Shown piece by piece: positions 46,331-56,383 of a stretch of 64,000 bases of DNA. A program made the translations under genes and the position numbers. Under the pieces are notes generated by a model. It had not been told where the DNA came from. It made no database searches and saw only the letters and a program-made list of their open reading frames with translations. Position 1 is the stretch's first letter; the number at the start of each line of letters is the position of its first letter. This DNA comes from an uncultured virus (IMG/VR IMGVR_UViG_3300033150_001117) (Duplodnaviria; Heunggongvirae; Uroviricota; Caudoviricetes), in the IMG/VR virus record IMGVR_UViG_3300033150_001117; one strand, 5' to 3'.

Positions 46331-46492
46331 TCGGAATGATCCGGGACCCGCCGCAAATCCACGTCCCGATCTGCAAGGACCCGCGGGACTCCATGTTCAC
46401 ATTCGGCCCGGTGGGCTCCGAGCGGGTTGACGTGGTGGCGGAGTCGCCGATACTGTTGATGGCAACAAAGCCGGAGCAGCCGGAGTGAGAAC

Positions 46493-47218
46493 ATGACTGA
46501 CCGACGGAACGACCTGCCGCTTAGGCCGGCACCCAGACCGGACTGGCAGCAGGACTTCGACCGCCTGATACGCGATCCGTACCTGCAACGCAAATACTCC
46601 CGCGACGCCAGGCTCGTGGAGCACTTGGAGTATATCCAGACCTACGTGCCGGAGATCACAAGGAAGGGCTCCGGCCTGGTCGTGGACGTGGGCACCGGGC
46701 CCGGCGAGTTTCTGGAGTGGTGCCGCAAGTTCGGCCGGAAGGTGCTCGGCGTCGAGGCGCTCTCCGGCGAAGGCGGGATGGGCGACGGCTACCTGCGGTT
46801 ATCCAGGCTGATGCACGAGAGGCAGGGGATCGACGTCCGGTACTGCGGCTGGCAACAGTTCGTCAGGCACCTGGCGTCGGATGGTTGTGACCTGAAGGTG
46901 GCTCTCTGGAATTTCAGAGGTTCTTGGGCACAGTGCTACGCCGACTTCGTGGAAGGGCCGCCTCACCATCTGCACCACGACGTTCACCGGCAGCGGTGGC
47001 GGTTCGACTACCACCTGCGGTGCGCCTGGCAGGCGGCGTTCGAGGCGATGGCGCGCCGGCTGGTTCCGGGCGGCCACGTCCTGATCGTGGCGAACCGGCT
47101 GGGCGAGCAGTCGGGGCAGGACCGATACTGCCGCGAGATACGGGGGGCGGCCGAGGCTGCCGGGCTGGTGCTGGTCAAGCACGAGAGTAACTACGTGCAC
47201 AAATGGTCCCGGCCTTGA
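46493..47218 (+). CDS. class I SAM methyltransferase
   Basis: VVDVGTGPG, RRLVPGG. Confidence 0.75.
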   Translation: MTDRRNDLPLRPAPRPDWQQDFDRLIRDPYLQRKYSRDARLVEHLEYIQTYVPEITRKGSGLVVDVGTGPGEFLEWCRKFGRKVLGVEALSGEGGMGDGYLRLSRLMHERQGIDVRYCGWQQFVRHLASDGCDLKVALWNFRGSWAQCYADFVEGPPHHLHHDVHRQRWRFDYHLRCAWQAAFEAMARRLVPGGHVLIVANRLGEQSGQDRYCREIRGAAEAAGLVLVKHESNYVHKWSRP

Positions 47219-47331
47219 ATGGCAGGATGCTCGGCCGCGATAGCTTAGGCGAGGAGCCGCGGTTCAGCAGGAACATCGTGGTGGAGCGGATCGAATGACG
47301 GAGGCGGGCAAAACATTTTCGGACGATTGAA

Positions 47332-47769
47332 ATGCCTGTATGTTCAGCGAAATATGCGAAGGTGACCATCGGCGGGCGGGAGATTCCGCTTCGTCAGTGG
47401 GCGATTACAGCCGACAGGGCCACATTGCACTCCTCCTCGCCCTTGGACCTGGAACCCGGCACCGCAGTTCACGCAGATTTACACTGCGACGGGTTTGTCT
47501 ATAACATCAGCGGCCTGATAGAAAACGTGGTCCACTTCGGCGAAATGGACGGACCGTCATACACGGAATGGTCTATCCTGCTCGCAGATGAATCGTTGCA
47601 GGCGACGTTGCCGCCAGCCGAACCGGAGGTTGTCACAGGCTGCGGTGAGGCTGTGCCAACTGGCATCTTTACAGGGACTCCTGCTGCGGCCGAAACAGAA
47701 GCCGTAAACGAACCACCGCCCGCCGAACTGGTACCGCTGGGCGGTAAACGGATGATTGCCCTGATGTAA
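47332..47769 (+). CDS. tail-tube-like paralogue with Pro/Thr/Glu-rich tail
   Basis: Colinear similarity by eye to 37652-38050. Confidence 0.45.
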   Translation: MPVCSAKYAKVTIGGREIPLRQWAITADRATLHSSSPLDLEPGTAVHADLHCDGFVYNISGLIENVVHFGEMDGPSYTEWSILLADESLQATLPPAEPEVVTGCGEAVPTGIFTGTPAAAETEAVNEPPPAELVPLGGKRMIALM

Positions 47770-47773
47770 TCGA

Positions 47774-48772
47774 ATGAGCAAAACAGCCTTAATTACGGGT
47801 GTTACCGGCCAGGACGGTTCCTACTTGGCCGAGCTGCTGCTGTCACGGGGCTATCGCGTCGTGGGCATCGTGCGGCGCCAGTCCGTGCCCGAGCACCAAT
47901 CCAGCCGGCTTGCCCGGCTAGATGGCGATCCGAACTTCAGCACTCGCTACGGCGATCTAACTGACCCGCACTCACTGGATGCCGCCGTGCAGTGCAGCGA
48001 GCCGGACTTCGTGTTCAACTTGGCGTCGATGAGCCACGTGCGGGTGAGCTTCGAGGTGCCGCAGTTCACCATGGCCGTGAATGGAGGTGGGGTACTGAAC
48101 CTGCTGGACGCGGTCAGGCGGCGGGCGCCCAAGGCCCGGTTCTATCAGGCCAGCAGCAGCGAGATGTTCGGTGCCTGCGTAGACGAGGACGGTTACCAGC
48201 GAGAGACGACGCGGATGGACCCGACGAGCCCCTACGGCTGCGCAAAACTCGCGGCTTACCATATGACCCGCCACTTCCGGCGGGCCTACGGCATGTTCGC
48301 GGTGAACGGCATCCTGTTCAACCACGCGAGTCCGCGGCGGGCGAGCACCTTCGTCGAGGCCAAGATCGTCAAGACCGCCGTGCAGATCAAAGTGGGGCTC
48401 GCCGACAAGCTCGTGCTCGGCAACCTGGACGCGAAGCGGGATTGGGGCGACAGCCGCGACTACGTGAGGGCCATGCTCTTGATGTTGGAGCACGGCGAAC
48501 CGGACGACTGGGTGGTGGCCAGCGGCAGGACGAGATCGGTGAGGGACGTGTGCGATCACGTGTTCACCGAACTGGGCTTGGACTGGCGGAGCTACGTGGC
48601 GAGGAACGATCGATACACGCGGCCGGAGGAGCTGCCGTGCCTCAGGGGTGACGCCTCGAAGGTACGGGGGAAGCTGGGCTGGCGTCCTGAATACACGTTC
48701 GAGCAGACGCTCGATGACATTATTGCTCACTGGAAAGGAGTCTTCGATGGAAAGGATCTGGTCCAAGGCTGA
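47774..48772 (+). CDS. gmd: GDP-mannose 4,6-dehydratase
   Basis: ALITGVTGQDGSYL, SHVRVSF, QASSSEMFG, SPYGCAK, LGNLDAKRDWG. Confidence 0.95.
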   Translation: MSKTALITGVTGQDGSYLAELLLSRGYRVVGIVRRQSVPEHQSSRLARLDGDPNFSTRYGDLTDPHSLDAAVQCSEPDFVFNLASMSHVRVSFEVPQFTMAVNGGGVLNLLDAVRRRAPKARFYQASSSEMFGACVDEDGYQRETTRMDPTSPYGCAKLAAYHMTRHFRRAYGMFAVNGILFNHASPRRASTFVEAKIVKTAVQIKVGLADKLVLGNLDAKRDWGDSRDYVRAMLLMLEHGEPDDWVVASGRTRSVRDVCDHVFTELGLDWRSYVARNDRYTRPEELPCLRGDASKVRGKLGWRPEYTFEQTLDDIIAHWKGVFDGKDLVQG

Positions 48773-49160
48773 ACCGGGCGTGTTGCTGCACCTGATCCAC
48801 CGCTCGGAGGATTTCGAGCAGGAGCGGGTAAACCTGGCGGACAGCAACGAGCCGCTACAGGTGGCGTCCTTGTGCCTGCCGGCCGGGCAGACTTTCAGGC
48901 CGCACACGCACGTGTTCAACGAGCGAAGAATCGTCACGACGCAAGAGCTGTGGGTCGTCGTCAACGGGATTGTTGACATGACTTGCTACGACTTGGACGG
49001 AGAGCCGCTCCGCAAGGTGAGGCTGCACACGGGCGACTGCGCGATCACGTTCCGGGGCGGCCACACCTACGAGGTGCAGTCAAACTGGGCTCGGGTGTAC
49101 GAGGTAAAGAACGGGCCGTACAAGAACCAAAGTGCAGACAAGAGATTCCTGGACGGCTAG
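48747..49160 (+). CDS. cupin (WbuC-like sugar-pathway protein)
   Basis: PHTH..TQE..GGH..EVKNGPY..DK. Confidence 0.7.
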   Translation: MERIWSKAEPGVLLHLIHRSEDFEQERVNLADSNEPLQVASLCLPAGQTFRPHTHVFNERRIVTTQELWVVVNGIVDMTCYDLDGEPLRKVRLHTGDCAITFRGGHTYEVQSNWARVYEVKNGPYKNQSADKRFLDG

Positions 49161-49161
49161 C

Positions 49162-50232
49162 ATGGTTCACCTATTCGAGCCGAATACAGGCTGGAGGGAG
49201 GCGTGGGCGGCGGCCCGGTGCGTGCGCTCCGGTTGGCTTGGGCCGGGGCGGCTTACCGATCAGTTCGAGCGCGAGTTCGCCGAGGCGGTCGGCCGCAGGT
49301 ACGCGGTCGCGGTCAACAGTGGGACGGCGGGCCTGGTGCTGTCCCTGATGGCGGTCGGCGTGGGGGCCGGCAGCACGGTGGTGTTCCCGGCCTACGGATT
49401 CATCGCCGGGGCGAACGCAGCCAGGCTGTGCGGCGCCCGCGTGCGGCTGGTAGACGTGGACAGCGAGAACGGCTGCATGGATTTAGGCGTGGCCGACTGC
49501 GAGGGGGCAAAGGCGGTGGTCTTTATCGACCATAACGGCTATACCGGCCGACTTCGGATTTCCTCCCGCGAGGCCTGCGACGACATGGACGTGCCCTTGA
49601 TAGAAGACGCCTGCCAGGCCCTCGGCTGTCCAGACGCGGGCTCGCAAGGGCGCCTATCGGTGTTCTCGTTCTCGCCGCAGAAGCTCATCACTACTGGGCA
49701 GGGCGGGATGGTAGTCACCGATGAGGACGGGCTGGCGGAGGAGGTCGCGGGCCTGCGGGACCACGGAGGGCGCGACTGGCGGCAGACGGGCATCCACCAG
49801 GCCGTGGGTGGCAACTTCCGGCTGCCAGACGTGCTGGCTGCGATCGGCTTGCCTCAGCTTCGCCGGCTCAATACACTGATCGAGAGGCGGAGGGAGATCC
49901 TGGGATGGTACGAGAAGCACAGCCTCCCGCGACGGGCCTGGCACAATGTCGCCTGGTGCGCCGCCTGCCGCTCTTTCAACCCGGGACGACTGATCCCCGC
50001 TCTGCGCCAGGCCGGCGTCGAGGCGAAGCGGCTCTACCAGCCGGTGTTCCGGCACGCTATCTTTCGCTGCAACCCGAGCAGCTTCCCCGGCGCCGACCGC
50101 TACGCGAGGGAGACGATTTACCTGCCGTCCCACCTGAAGATGACGGAGAAGCGTGTGGCTTACGTGTGCGAGATGGTCAAGTGTATCGAGAGCCTGGCAT
50201 CCAGGGGCACCAAGCATCGGAGTCCAACATGA
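49162..50232 (+). CDS. DegT/DnrJ PLP aminotransferase (perosamine-synthase-like)
   Basis: VNSGTAGL, IEDACQALG, SFSPQKLITTGQGG, G.NFR. Confidence 0.9.
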   Translation: MVHLFEPNTGWREAWAAARCVRSGWLGPGRLTDQFEREFAEAVGRRYAVAVNSGTAGLVLSLMAVGVGAGSTVVFPAYGFIAGANAARLCGARVRLVDVDSENGCMDLGVADCEGAKAVVFIDHNGYTGRLRISSREACDDMDVPLIEDACQALGCPDAGSQGRLSVFSFSPQKLITTGQGGMVVTDEDGLAEEVAGLRDHGGRDWRQTGIHQAVGGNFRLPDVLAAIGLPQLRRLNTLIERRREILGWYEKHSLPRRAWHNVAWCAACRSFNPGRLIPALRQAGVEAKRLYQPVFRHAIFRCNPSSFPGADRYARETIYLPSHLKMTEKRVAYVCEMVKCIESLASRGTKHRSPT

Positions 50233-50768
50233 AAGTCGGCAAGGACGTGAGGATCAGCGAGTCGGCCGTGCTCCGCTACCCTGATCTCGTGAGGATCGGA
50301 GACAGGTGCGCGATAGACGAGTTCACGGTCGTCTCCGTCTCGCTGGAGATGGGTAGCTTCGTCCACATCGGGCCGCATTGCAGCGCGTGCGGGGGTCAGG
50401 AGAGCCGGCTGGTGATGGAGGACTTCTCGGGGATGGCTGCGGGCTGCCGGCTCGCCTGCGGAAGCGACGATTTCCGCGGCGGCTACTTGATGAATCCGAT
50501 GGTGGACCAGAAGTATTGCAATCCAACCTACGGAACGATCCGTATCTGCCGGTTCGCCACGCTCGGCGCGAACGTAATTGTCATGCCGAACGTCACTATA
50601 GGCGTAGGCGCGACGATCGGAGCGGGCTCCCTAGTGCACAGGGACGTGGAGCCGTGGACGGTCTGCATGGGCGTGCCCGCCCGGGCGACAGGGATGCGAT
50701 CGGCAAAGGACGTGAAGGAAAAAGCGGAGCACTTCCTGGCAGAGAGGAGGGCCGCGGATGAACGATGA
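50229..50768 (+). CDS. hexapeptide-repeat acyl/acetyltransferase
   Basis: LGANVIVMPNVTIGVGATIGAGSLV..GVPAR. Confidence 0.85.
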   Translation: MKVGKDVRISESAVLRYPDLVRIGDRCAIDEFTVVSVSLEMGSFVHIGPHCSACGGQESRLVMEDFSGMAAGCRLACGSDDFRGGYLMNPMVDQKYCNPTYGTIRICRFATLGANVIVMPNVTIGVGATIGAGSLVHRDVEPWTVCMGVPARATGMRSAKDVKEKAEHFLAERRAADER

Positions 50769-50985
50769 GGTAGGCCAGATGTTCCGCAAGGTGTTCCTGC
50801 TTGATGACGACTTCCAACTGAGGCCCGACATGAGCTTCGACGAGGTGCCTGGCTGGGACTCGGTGGGGCATGTGAACTTGGTGGGCGAGATAGAGTCTCG
50901 CTTCGGCGTGAGCCTGGGCATAGACGCGATAGTTAGCTTGGATTCCGTCCAGGCGGTTCGGGACATCGTCAAGGGGAGCGGATGA
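50758..50985 (+). CDS. acyl carrier protein
   Basis: 75 aa, acidic, WDSVGH phosphopantetheine motif, IESRFGV. Confidence 0.85.
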   Translation: MNDEVGQMFRKVFLLDDDFQLRPDMSFDEVPGWDSVGHVNLVGEIESRFGVSLGIDAIVSLDSVQAVRDIVKGSG

Positions 50986-51797
50986 TGGCAAGCCTTCACT
51001 TAGAGGTCTCCGGCGGCTTGTGCAGTCGGCTCCGGGCGCTGCTCGGGGCGATGGCCTATTGTGACCAGACGGATAAAGGTCTGGTAGTGCATTGGCCAGT
51101 GAACGCTGCCTATAACAAGCGGGGAACATTAGCTGCCCCGCTGTCCGACCTCTGGGAGGGGCCCTTCTCAGTGAGCGAAGCCGGAGGGCCGTTCCGTAAA
51201 GACGCGGAACTGTCGTGCTGCGGCGACCTGTGGCTAAGGCAAACGCATCTCGGCTATTTCGCTAAATATCTTAGGCGTCCCGTCAGCCACTATTTCGGAC
51301 ACTTGCGCCCGGCGCCCGGTGTAACCGAATGGGTCCGGGCCGGCCTTCGATTGTTACGGAGCCCAACCGTCGGCGTGCAGGTCAGGAGCTGGATCAAGCA
51401 GCCCGAGTCGCCACTGATCGATTGGTACCTTGGACGCATGGCCGCCATCCGGTCGATGAGACCCGACGTGCGGTTCTACCTCTCGGCGGACCAGGAGGCC
51501 GACGAGTCGGCCGCCCGGCGGGACTTCGACTCGGCCATCGTGACCATCAAGCATGGGACGGGATACGCCTACGACCGGGACGGTGTGATTCGATGCGCCG
51601 CCGACTTGTACGTCCTGCGGGCATGCGACTGGGTAATCGGGAGTTGTCGAAGCAGCTACGGACAGATGGTCGCCCTGATACGCGGCGGCAAACGGACCGG
51701 CCTACTGAGGCGTCCGGGCTGTATTTCCGGCGGCCGGTACGAGGACAAGTGGCACCCACCGGATCAGCGGGAACTCGTGGAGGCTTTGGGCAAATGA
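50982..51797 (+). CDS. fucosyltransferase-like GDP-sugar glycosyltransferase
   Basis: GGLCSRL, VGVQVR, FYLSAD, DLYVL..CD..IGS..SSYG. Confidence 0.7.
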   Translation: MMASLHLEVSGGLCSRLRALLGAMAYCDQTDKGLVVHWPVNAAYNKRGTLAAPLSDLWEGPFSVSEAGGPFRKDAELSCCGDLWLRQTHLGYFAKYLRRPVSHYFGHLRPAPGVTEWVRAGLRLLRSPTVGVQVRSWIKQPESPLIDWYLGRMAAIRSMRPDVRFYLSADQEADESAARRDFDSAIVTIKHGTGYAYDRDGVIRCAADLYVLRACDWVIGSCRSSYGQMVALIRGGKRTGLLRRPGCISGGRYEDKWHPPDQRELVEALGK

Positions 51798-52429
51798 GCG
51801 ACGATCCATGGGGCAAGTTGTGCGAAGCCTACCCGTGGCCGCCGGAGCGGCCGAAGGTAACGGGGCCGCACGTCCACCGCATCCACGGCTGGCTGTCCGA
51901 CGGCACCAAGAAGATGATCCGCGAGCACCTGCCGTCGTCCGGCGTCGTAATAGAGCTGGGAACTTGGATGGGCAAGTCGGCGAAATTCATCCTCGACGCC
52001 GCCCCTCAGGTACGCCTCGTCTGCATCGACCACTGGCTCGGCTCGGCAGAGCACCGCACCAGGCAGCCGGAGCGTGATATGCTGCCGCACCTCTTCGACT
52101 TGTGCCGGCACCACCTCTGGTCCTACCGTAAGCGGGTCCTCTTGCTGCGAACGGAAATACTCGATGGCATACGGGGAGTTCACGGGGCCGGCCTGCTGCC
52201 GGGCATGATCTACGTGGATGGCGCGCACGACGCCCGGAGCGTAGAGGACGACGTGCGGGCAGCCGGCACGCTGTTCCCCGGCGCGACGCTGGTAGGTGAC
52301 GACTGGGACCGCGTGAGCGTAAGGCAGGGAGTCGCCGCAGCGATGGGACACGTTGCGGGGAAGCTGGCGTACAACAAGAAGGCGTGGACACTAAGCACAC
52401 GATGCTCACAGACAAATGATTGCGATTGA
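51794..52429 (+). CDS. SAM methyltransferase (Methyltransf_24-like)
   Basis: IELGTWMGKS, CIDHW, IYVDGAH, VGDDW. Confidence 0.85.
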   Translation: MSDDPWGKLCEAYPWPPERPKVTGPHVHRIHGWLSDGTKKMIREHLPSSGVVIELGTWMGKSAKFILDAAPQVRLVCIDHWLGSAEHRTRQPERDMLPHLFDLCRHHLWSYRKRVLLLRTEILDGIRGVHGAGLLPGMIYVDGAHDARSVEDDVRAAGTLFPGATLVGDDWDRVSVRQGVAAAMGHVAGKLAYNKKAWTLSTRCSQTNDCD

Positions 52430-53381
52430 ATCAATAGCCCGAGACAGCAAACACGGCAGGGCTTACGCCGGGCGCCTCGCTATATACTTCGGCCACGTTT
52501 ACAGCCGTCTCGGATTGCCCGTTCGATTCTTTGGCTCCCCCAGCGGACAAAGCGTCGTGCCGCTACCACGGAAGGCCGGCTACTCGGCAACGGATCGGGG
52601 AAAGGCGGATTTCTATATTCGCGTCAGCACACCCAGGAGACCTTGCGGCCACACCGCCTGGTTGAAGCCGATGGTCGGCTGGACGCACGACCAGGTCGTG
52701 GCACGCTTCGTTAGCGTCATCGTGGCCCGCATCCAGGACCAAGGCGATTGGTACGATCGCTCTCGCGCGCCGGAACCGTCGGCTGACTACCTGAAACACG
52801 CCGTGCCGAAACTGCTGGTCCTGCCCTGGCCCCCTCATTCCAGCGTGCTTGCGTGCATTGAGAACGATGGGTTACTGGGCGATTACCTCTCGGACAATCT
52901 GGACGCCATTCGTAATCGCTACGGCGGCCAGAACAAATGCCGTCAGCTCGGCTTCATCGGTTGCAAGATGCGGGCGCGCTCCGCGGCGGAACATCTCCTG
53001 GGCGACGCCGCCGAGTGCCACTGGAGCAGCGGCCCGAAATCCGCGACAAAACTGGAGCCGGCGAGTTACCTGCGGTGGCTGAGCGAGTGCGAGGCGGTGC
53101 TTAACATACCCGGCGAGCGATGGAACTGCTACAGGTTCTCGGAGGCCGTGATGATGGGGGTCCCCGTCGTGCTGATCCGCGGCAAAACGAGAGCGGCTCC
53201 TCCCGTCGATGATGCGAATGCAATTTTAGTTGACGATTGGTCCGATGTCGCTGCCATGCGGCGCGCACTGCGCCGAAGGGTGGATATCGTAGCCGCAGCA
53301 GATCGGGCTTATCGGGCGGGCTGGGGCCTGCCCGGCCAGGCGAAGTTGCTCTTGGAACGCATGGGCACGAAGCATGAGTGA
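52416..53381 (+). CDS. glycosyltransferase-like (GT-B C-terminal domain)
   Basis: YL.WL....AVLNIPG...CYRFSEAVMMGVP. Confidence 0.6.
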   Translation: MIAIESIARDSKHGRAYAGRLAIYFGHVYSRLGLPVRFFGSPSGQSVVPLPRKAGYSATDRGKADFYIRVSTPRRPCGHTAWLKPMVGWTHDQVVARFVSVIVARIQDQGDWYDRSRAPEPSADYLKHAVPKLLVLPWPPHSSVLACIENDGLLGDYLSDNLDAIRNRYGGQNKCRQLGFIGCKMRARSAAEHLLGDAAECHWSSGPKSATKLEPASYLRWLSECEAVLNIPGERWNCYRFSEAVMMGVPVVLIRGKTRAAPPVDDANAILVDDWSDVAAMRRALRRRVDIVAAADRAYRAGWGLPGQAKLLLERMGTKHE

Positions 53382-54078
53382 GCGTGGATATCCGTGGCGA
53401 GACAGGTTCCTGCCTATGGTAGAGGCAGCACCTCCCGAAATAAGAGCGGCGATCGTGGCGACAGCACCGCAGAAAAGCGGGATCTTGCCGTCCGAGATGC
53501 TTTTGTTTCTGTCCGTTTGTTCGGCAATGAAGGCACAACAAATAATTGAGTCTGGCCGCAAGTTCGGCTACAGCACGGAGGTAGTGCTGCGCTGCGGGTC
53601 GTGGCACTTCACGAGCTACGAGAGATCGCCCCAGTCGGCCAGGGACGAGCAGATCAAACACGAGTTCCCTGCGGCCAGACTGCTGAAAGGCAACGGCAAG
53701 GCGGGCATCCAGCGGGACGTACAGCAGAACGAGCGTCGCGTGGCCCTGTTGTTGGACGGCCCCAAAAACACAGGCGCCCTGGATTTCGTCCCGTCCGTTC
53801 GTGATTCAGTTGATTTGATCGGTATTCACGACCTGTACCCGGTGGCAAGCTCCGGCCCGCCGCGACCGAACCCGGGCCGGATTCGACTGGAAAAGGAACC
53901 CGTCTGGTACACCTCCGACGATCCAATATACTTGGAATCTTACGGCTACTTAGACAAGGATATGCTGGAGCTTTGCGGCTTCCCGAACCATGCCGTGATA
54001 AAGAGGGCATTCGTACTGGGGCTAATTCTGGGCGGCCGGTGCGAGAACAAGGGAGGATGCGATGCTGATCGTGGATGA
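53374..54078 (+). CDS. methyltransferase-like protein
   Basis: IIESG..GYST, LLDGPK, IHD. Confidence 0.55.
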   Translation: MSERGYPWRDRFLPMVEAAPPEIRAAIVATAPQKSGILPSEMLLFLSVCSAMKAQQIIESGRKFGYSTEVVLRCGSWHFTSYERSPQSARDEQIKHEFPAARLLKGNGKAGIQRDVQQNERRVALLLDGPKNTGALDFVPSVRDSVDLIGIHDLYPVASSGPPRPNPGRIRLEKEPVWYTSDDPIYLESYGYLDKDMLELCGFPNHAVIKRAFVLGLILGGRCENKGGCDADRG

Positions 54079-54760
54079 CAAGTGGTTGCTGCTGGGGCCG
54101 AATCGCCACGGCAACACGTTTGCGAAAAACGTATTAGAGCGCAGCTTCGGCGACAAGGCTCGGCTCTGTGTGCCGAACAAGAAGCACTGGCCGCTGTGTA
54201 AGATCGACCCCAAGCTAAGGGAGGGCAAGATCGTCGTCGGGATCATACGCTCGCCCGTGATGTGGTACGTGAGCAAGTGGCGGCGATTTTGGGACGACAA
54301 CAAGGCGACACCTGGCAAGCGGTACGAATTCGACGAATACTTCTACCGCCATTGGCGGAATCCCCACGGGCCGATCGGCAAGAACATGGAAGATCTGCCT
54401 CTTTCACCGGCCGGCATCGGCGGGTGGAGCTACAAGCACGTCGCGTACCACTGCCTTGACGCGAGGCATGCGCTCGCGAATCTCGGGACACAAGGTGAAC
54501 TGGCGGAGGCTTACCCGAAGTTGCTCTCGGCCCATGAGATGATGGTGACGGAGAACCTGAGACAAGACCTCCCCCGCGTATTCGGCGATCGCGTCCGCGA
54601 GCTGAGCAAGACGATGGGTGTGCCGAACGCCGCGAGCCATTCCAGCGACGCAATGCAGTATTGCTCTCCGCGTATTCTGCGAAGCATTCGCGACGGGGAC
54701 GGCTGGCTGCTGAAGCTCTACCCGAATCTGCGGTACGCGACCGAGGTATTGGAGAGTTGA
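54062..54760 (+). CDS. sulfotransferase-like protein
   Basis: PNRHGNT N-terminal loop; IRSPVMWYVS.W; ENLRQDL. Confidence 0.5.
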   Translation: MLIVDDKWLLLGPNRHGNTFAKNVLERSFGDKARLCVPNKKHWPLCKIDPKLREGKIVVGIIRSPVMWYVSKWRRFWDDNKATPGKRYEFDEYFYRHWRNPHGPIGKNMEDLPLSPAGIGGWSYKHVAYHCLDARHALANLGTQGELAEAYPKLLSAHEMMVTENLRQDLPRVFGDRVRELSKTMGVPNAASHSSDAMQYCSPRILRSIRDGDGWLLKLYPNLRYATEVLES

Positions 54761-54864
54761 GGATGCTGCTTGTTGATAACAAGTGGTTGTCGATCAGGTC
54801 CGACCGGCTGGCTGGCGGACCATTACCAGTTCCTTGATTACCACAAGCTGACAAGGGGAAGACG

Positions 54865-55404
54865 ATGCTCTTGATATCCCGCCACCTCACCGAGTACAAC
54901 GTCGTGCCGTCCGGGGCCGTGGTCCGGGTAAACCTCGCGTGGGAGGAGTCGCTGGAGCAACTCAATCGCCACCTGTCCGAGCTGACGCACCACGTATTCT
55001 TGGACGTGCCGGCGGGCCGGATCAAGCCGCCGGTCTGTCAGTGGGAACAGAGGGAGATCGTGGCCGTGGCCAAGCAGTACGAGTGCGTGAGGTACATCGG
55101 CGTGTCGAACGTCAGGGAGCCGGACGACTTTATGTATTACGCCATTAAGACGCCCGCGAGGGTCGCTGTCGTGCCGAAGATCGAGTCTGTCTGGGCGTGC
55201 CGCAACATCCGCCAGATCGAGCAGGCGCTGCCGCCACCCAAGACGGTGATGCTCGACCACGACGACCTGTTCCATGATATGATCCGTAACGGCGAGCCGC
55301 CGGGTAACCTGTACGTGAAGTACGTCGACCCGTTGGTGGACTTCTGCCGTCGTGAGGGGATGCGCCTGTTGCGGACGGCGGGCGTGGTGTTCTCGGACAA
55401 GTGA
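54865..55404 (+). CDS. pyruvate-kinase/HpcH-aldolase-like barrel protein
   Basis: VRVNLAW, FLDVP.GR.K, VPKIES, MLDHDDL. Confidence 0.55.
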   Translation: MLLISRHLTEYNVVPSGAVVRVNLAWEESLEQLNRHLSELTHHVFLDVPAGRIKPPVCQWEQREIVAVAKQYECVRYIGVSNVREPDDFMYYAIKTPARVAVVPKIESVWACRNIRQIEQALPPPKTVMLDHDDLFHDMIRNGEPPGNLYVKYVDPLVDFCRREGMRLLRTAGVVFSDK

Positions 55405-55411
55405 GGCGAGC

Positions 55412-56383
55412 ATGAAACGAGCCATGAAACGAGCGCTGTTAGTGGCCGATGTTGTGAACTGGGCGTGGGGCTTCCGTGCGGCCGATCTTAGCGAATACGC
55501 CCCCGACGGCATCGAAGTTACGGTTGCCGTGCAGGCAGACGTTAAACAACATGATCCGAGAAAGTATGATGCCGTCTACTGGATGCCCTGGCAGTTCCCC
55601 GACTGGCGATTCCTTGACAGGTGCCACCGAAAGGTCACGCTCTTGACGTGCAATGGTCTTCAGTTCGACGGGATCGACGATACTAACTGGCAGTCGTGGG
55701 TGTACACGCAGAACCGTGGCTCCCAAAGGGCGCGGGAAAACCTGCCGAAATTCGATGCGGTGATCGCCGTTAATCAGCGATTGCATGAGGCGTCCAAGCG
55801 GCACAATCGCGAGACGTACCTGGTGCCAAGTGCGGTAAATACTGAGCTGTTTACGCCCGGCCCGCCGGCTCACGGGCACAAGTTGAAAGTCGGCTGGTGC
55901 GCCTCACCCAGGGGGGAACGAAGCGTGAAGGGCCACAAGGAAGTATTGGCCCCCCTGGTGGACCGGACGTTCGACAAGTACGACTGGGTAACGAACACGC
56001 GGGACTACCGCGACGCCCTGACGCGGGAGCAGATGGTCGCATGGTACCACGGCATCGACGTGTTCGTGTGCACATCGATCAACGAGGGCACGCCGTCCCC
56101 CGTATTCGAGGCGGCGAGTTGCGGGCGGGCCGTTATATCGACGGACGTAGGGTGCGTGGCCGACTGGAAGTTGCCCCACAGCTTGGATCTGGTTACGGGC
56201 ACCTACCGGAACCAGAAAGAGGCTGGCGCAATAATCGAAGCTACCGCAGCGCGCCTCGCCTTCTTCGACGGGAATCGTGATATAATGCACAATGTTGGTC
56301 AAGACTTGCGGAAGTCCGTCGAGGCTGAGTACAGCTACCGGACACTCGCTCCGAGGTATTATCGAGCGATATTGGGGGAATGA
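55412..56383 (+). CDS. glycosyltransferase family 4
   Basis: EGTPSPVFEAASCG..ISTDVG. Confidence 0.88.
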   Translation: MKRAMKRALLVADVVNWAWGFRAADLSEYAPDGIEVTVAVQADVKQHDPRKYDAVYWMPWQFPDWRFLDRCHRKVTLLTCNGLQFDGIDDTNWQSWVYTQNRGSQRARENLPKFDAVIAVNQRLHEASKRHNRETYLVPSAVNTELFTPGPPAHGHKLKVGWCASPRGERSVKGHKEVLAPLVDRTFDKYDWVTNTRDYRDALTREQMVAWYHGIDVFVCTSINEGTPSPVFEAASCGRAVISTDVGCVADWKLPHSLDLVTGTYRNQKEAGAIIEATAARLAFFDGNRDIMHNVGQDLRKSVEAEYSYRTLAPRYYRAILGE

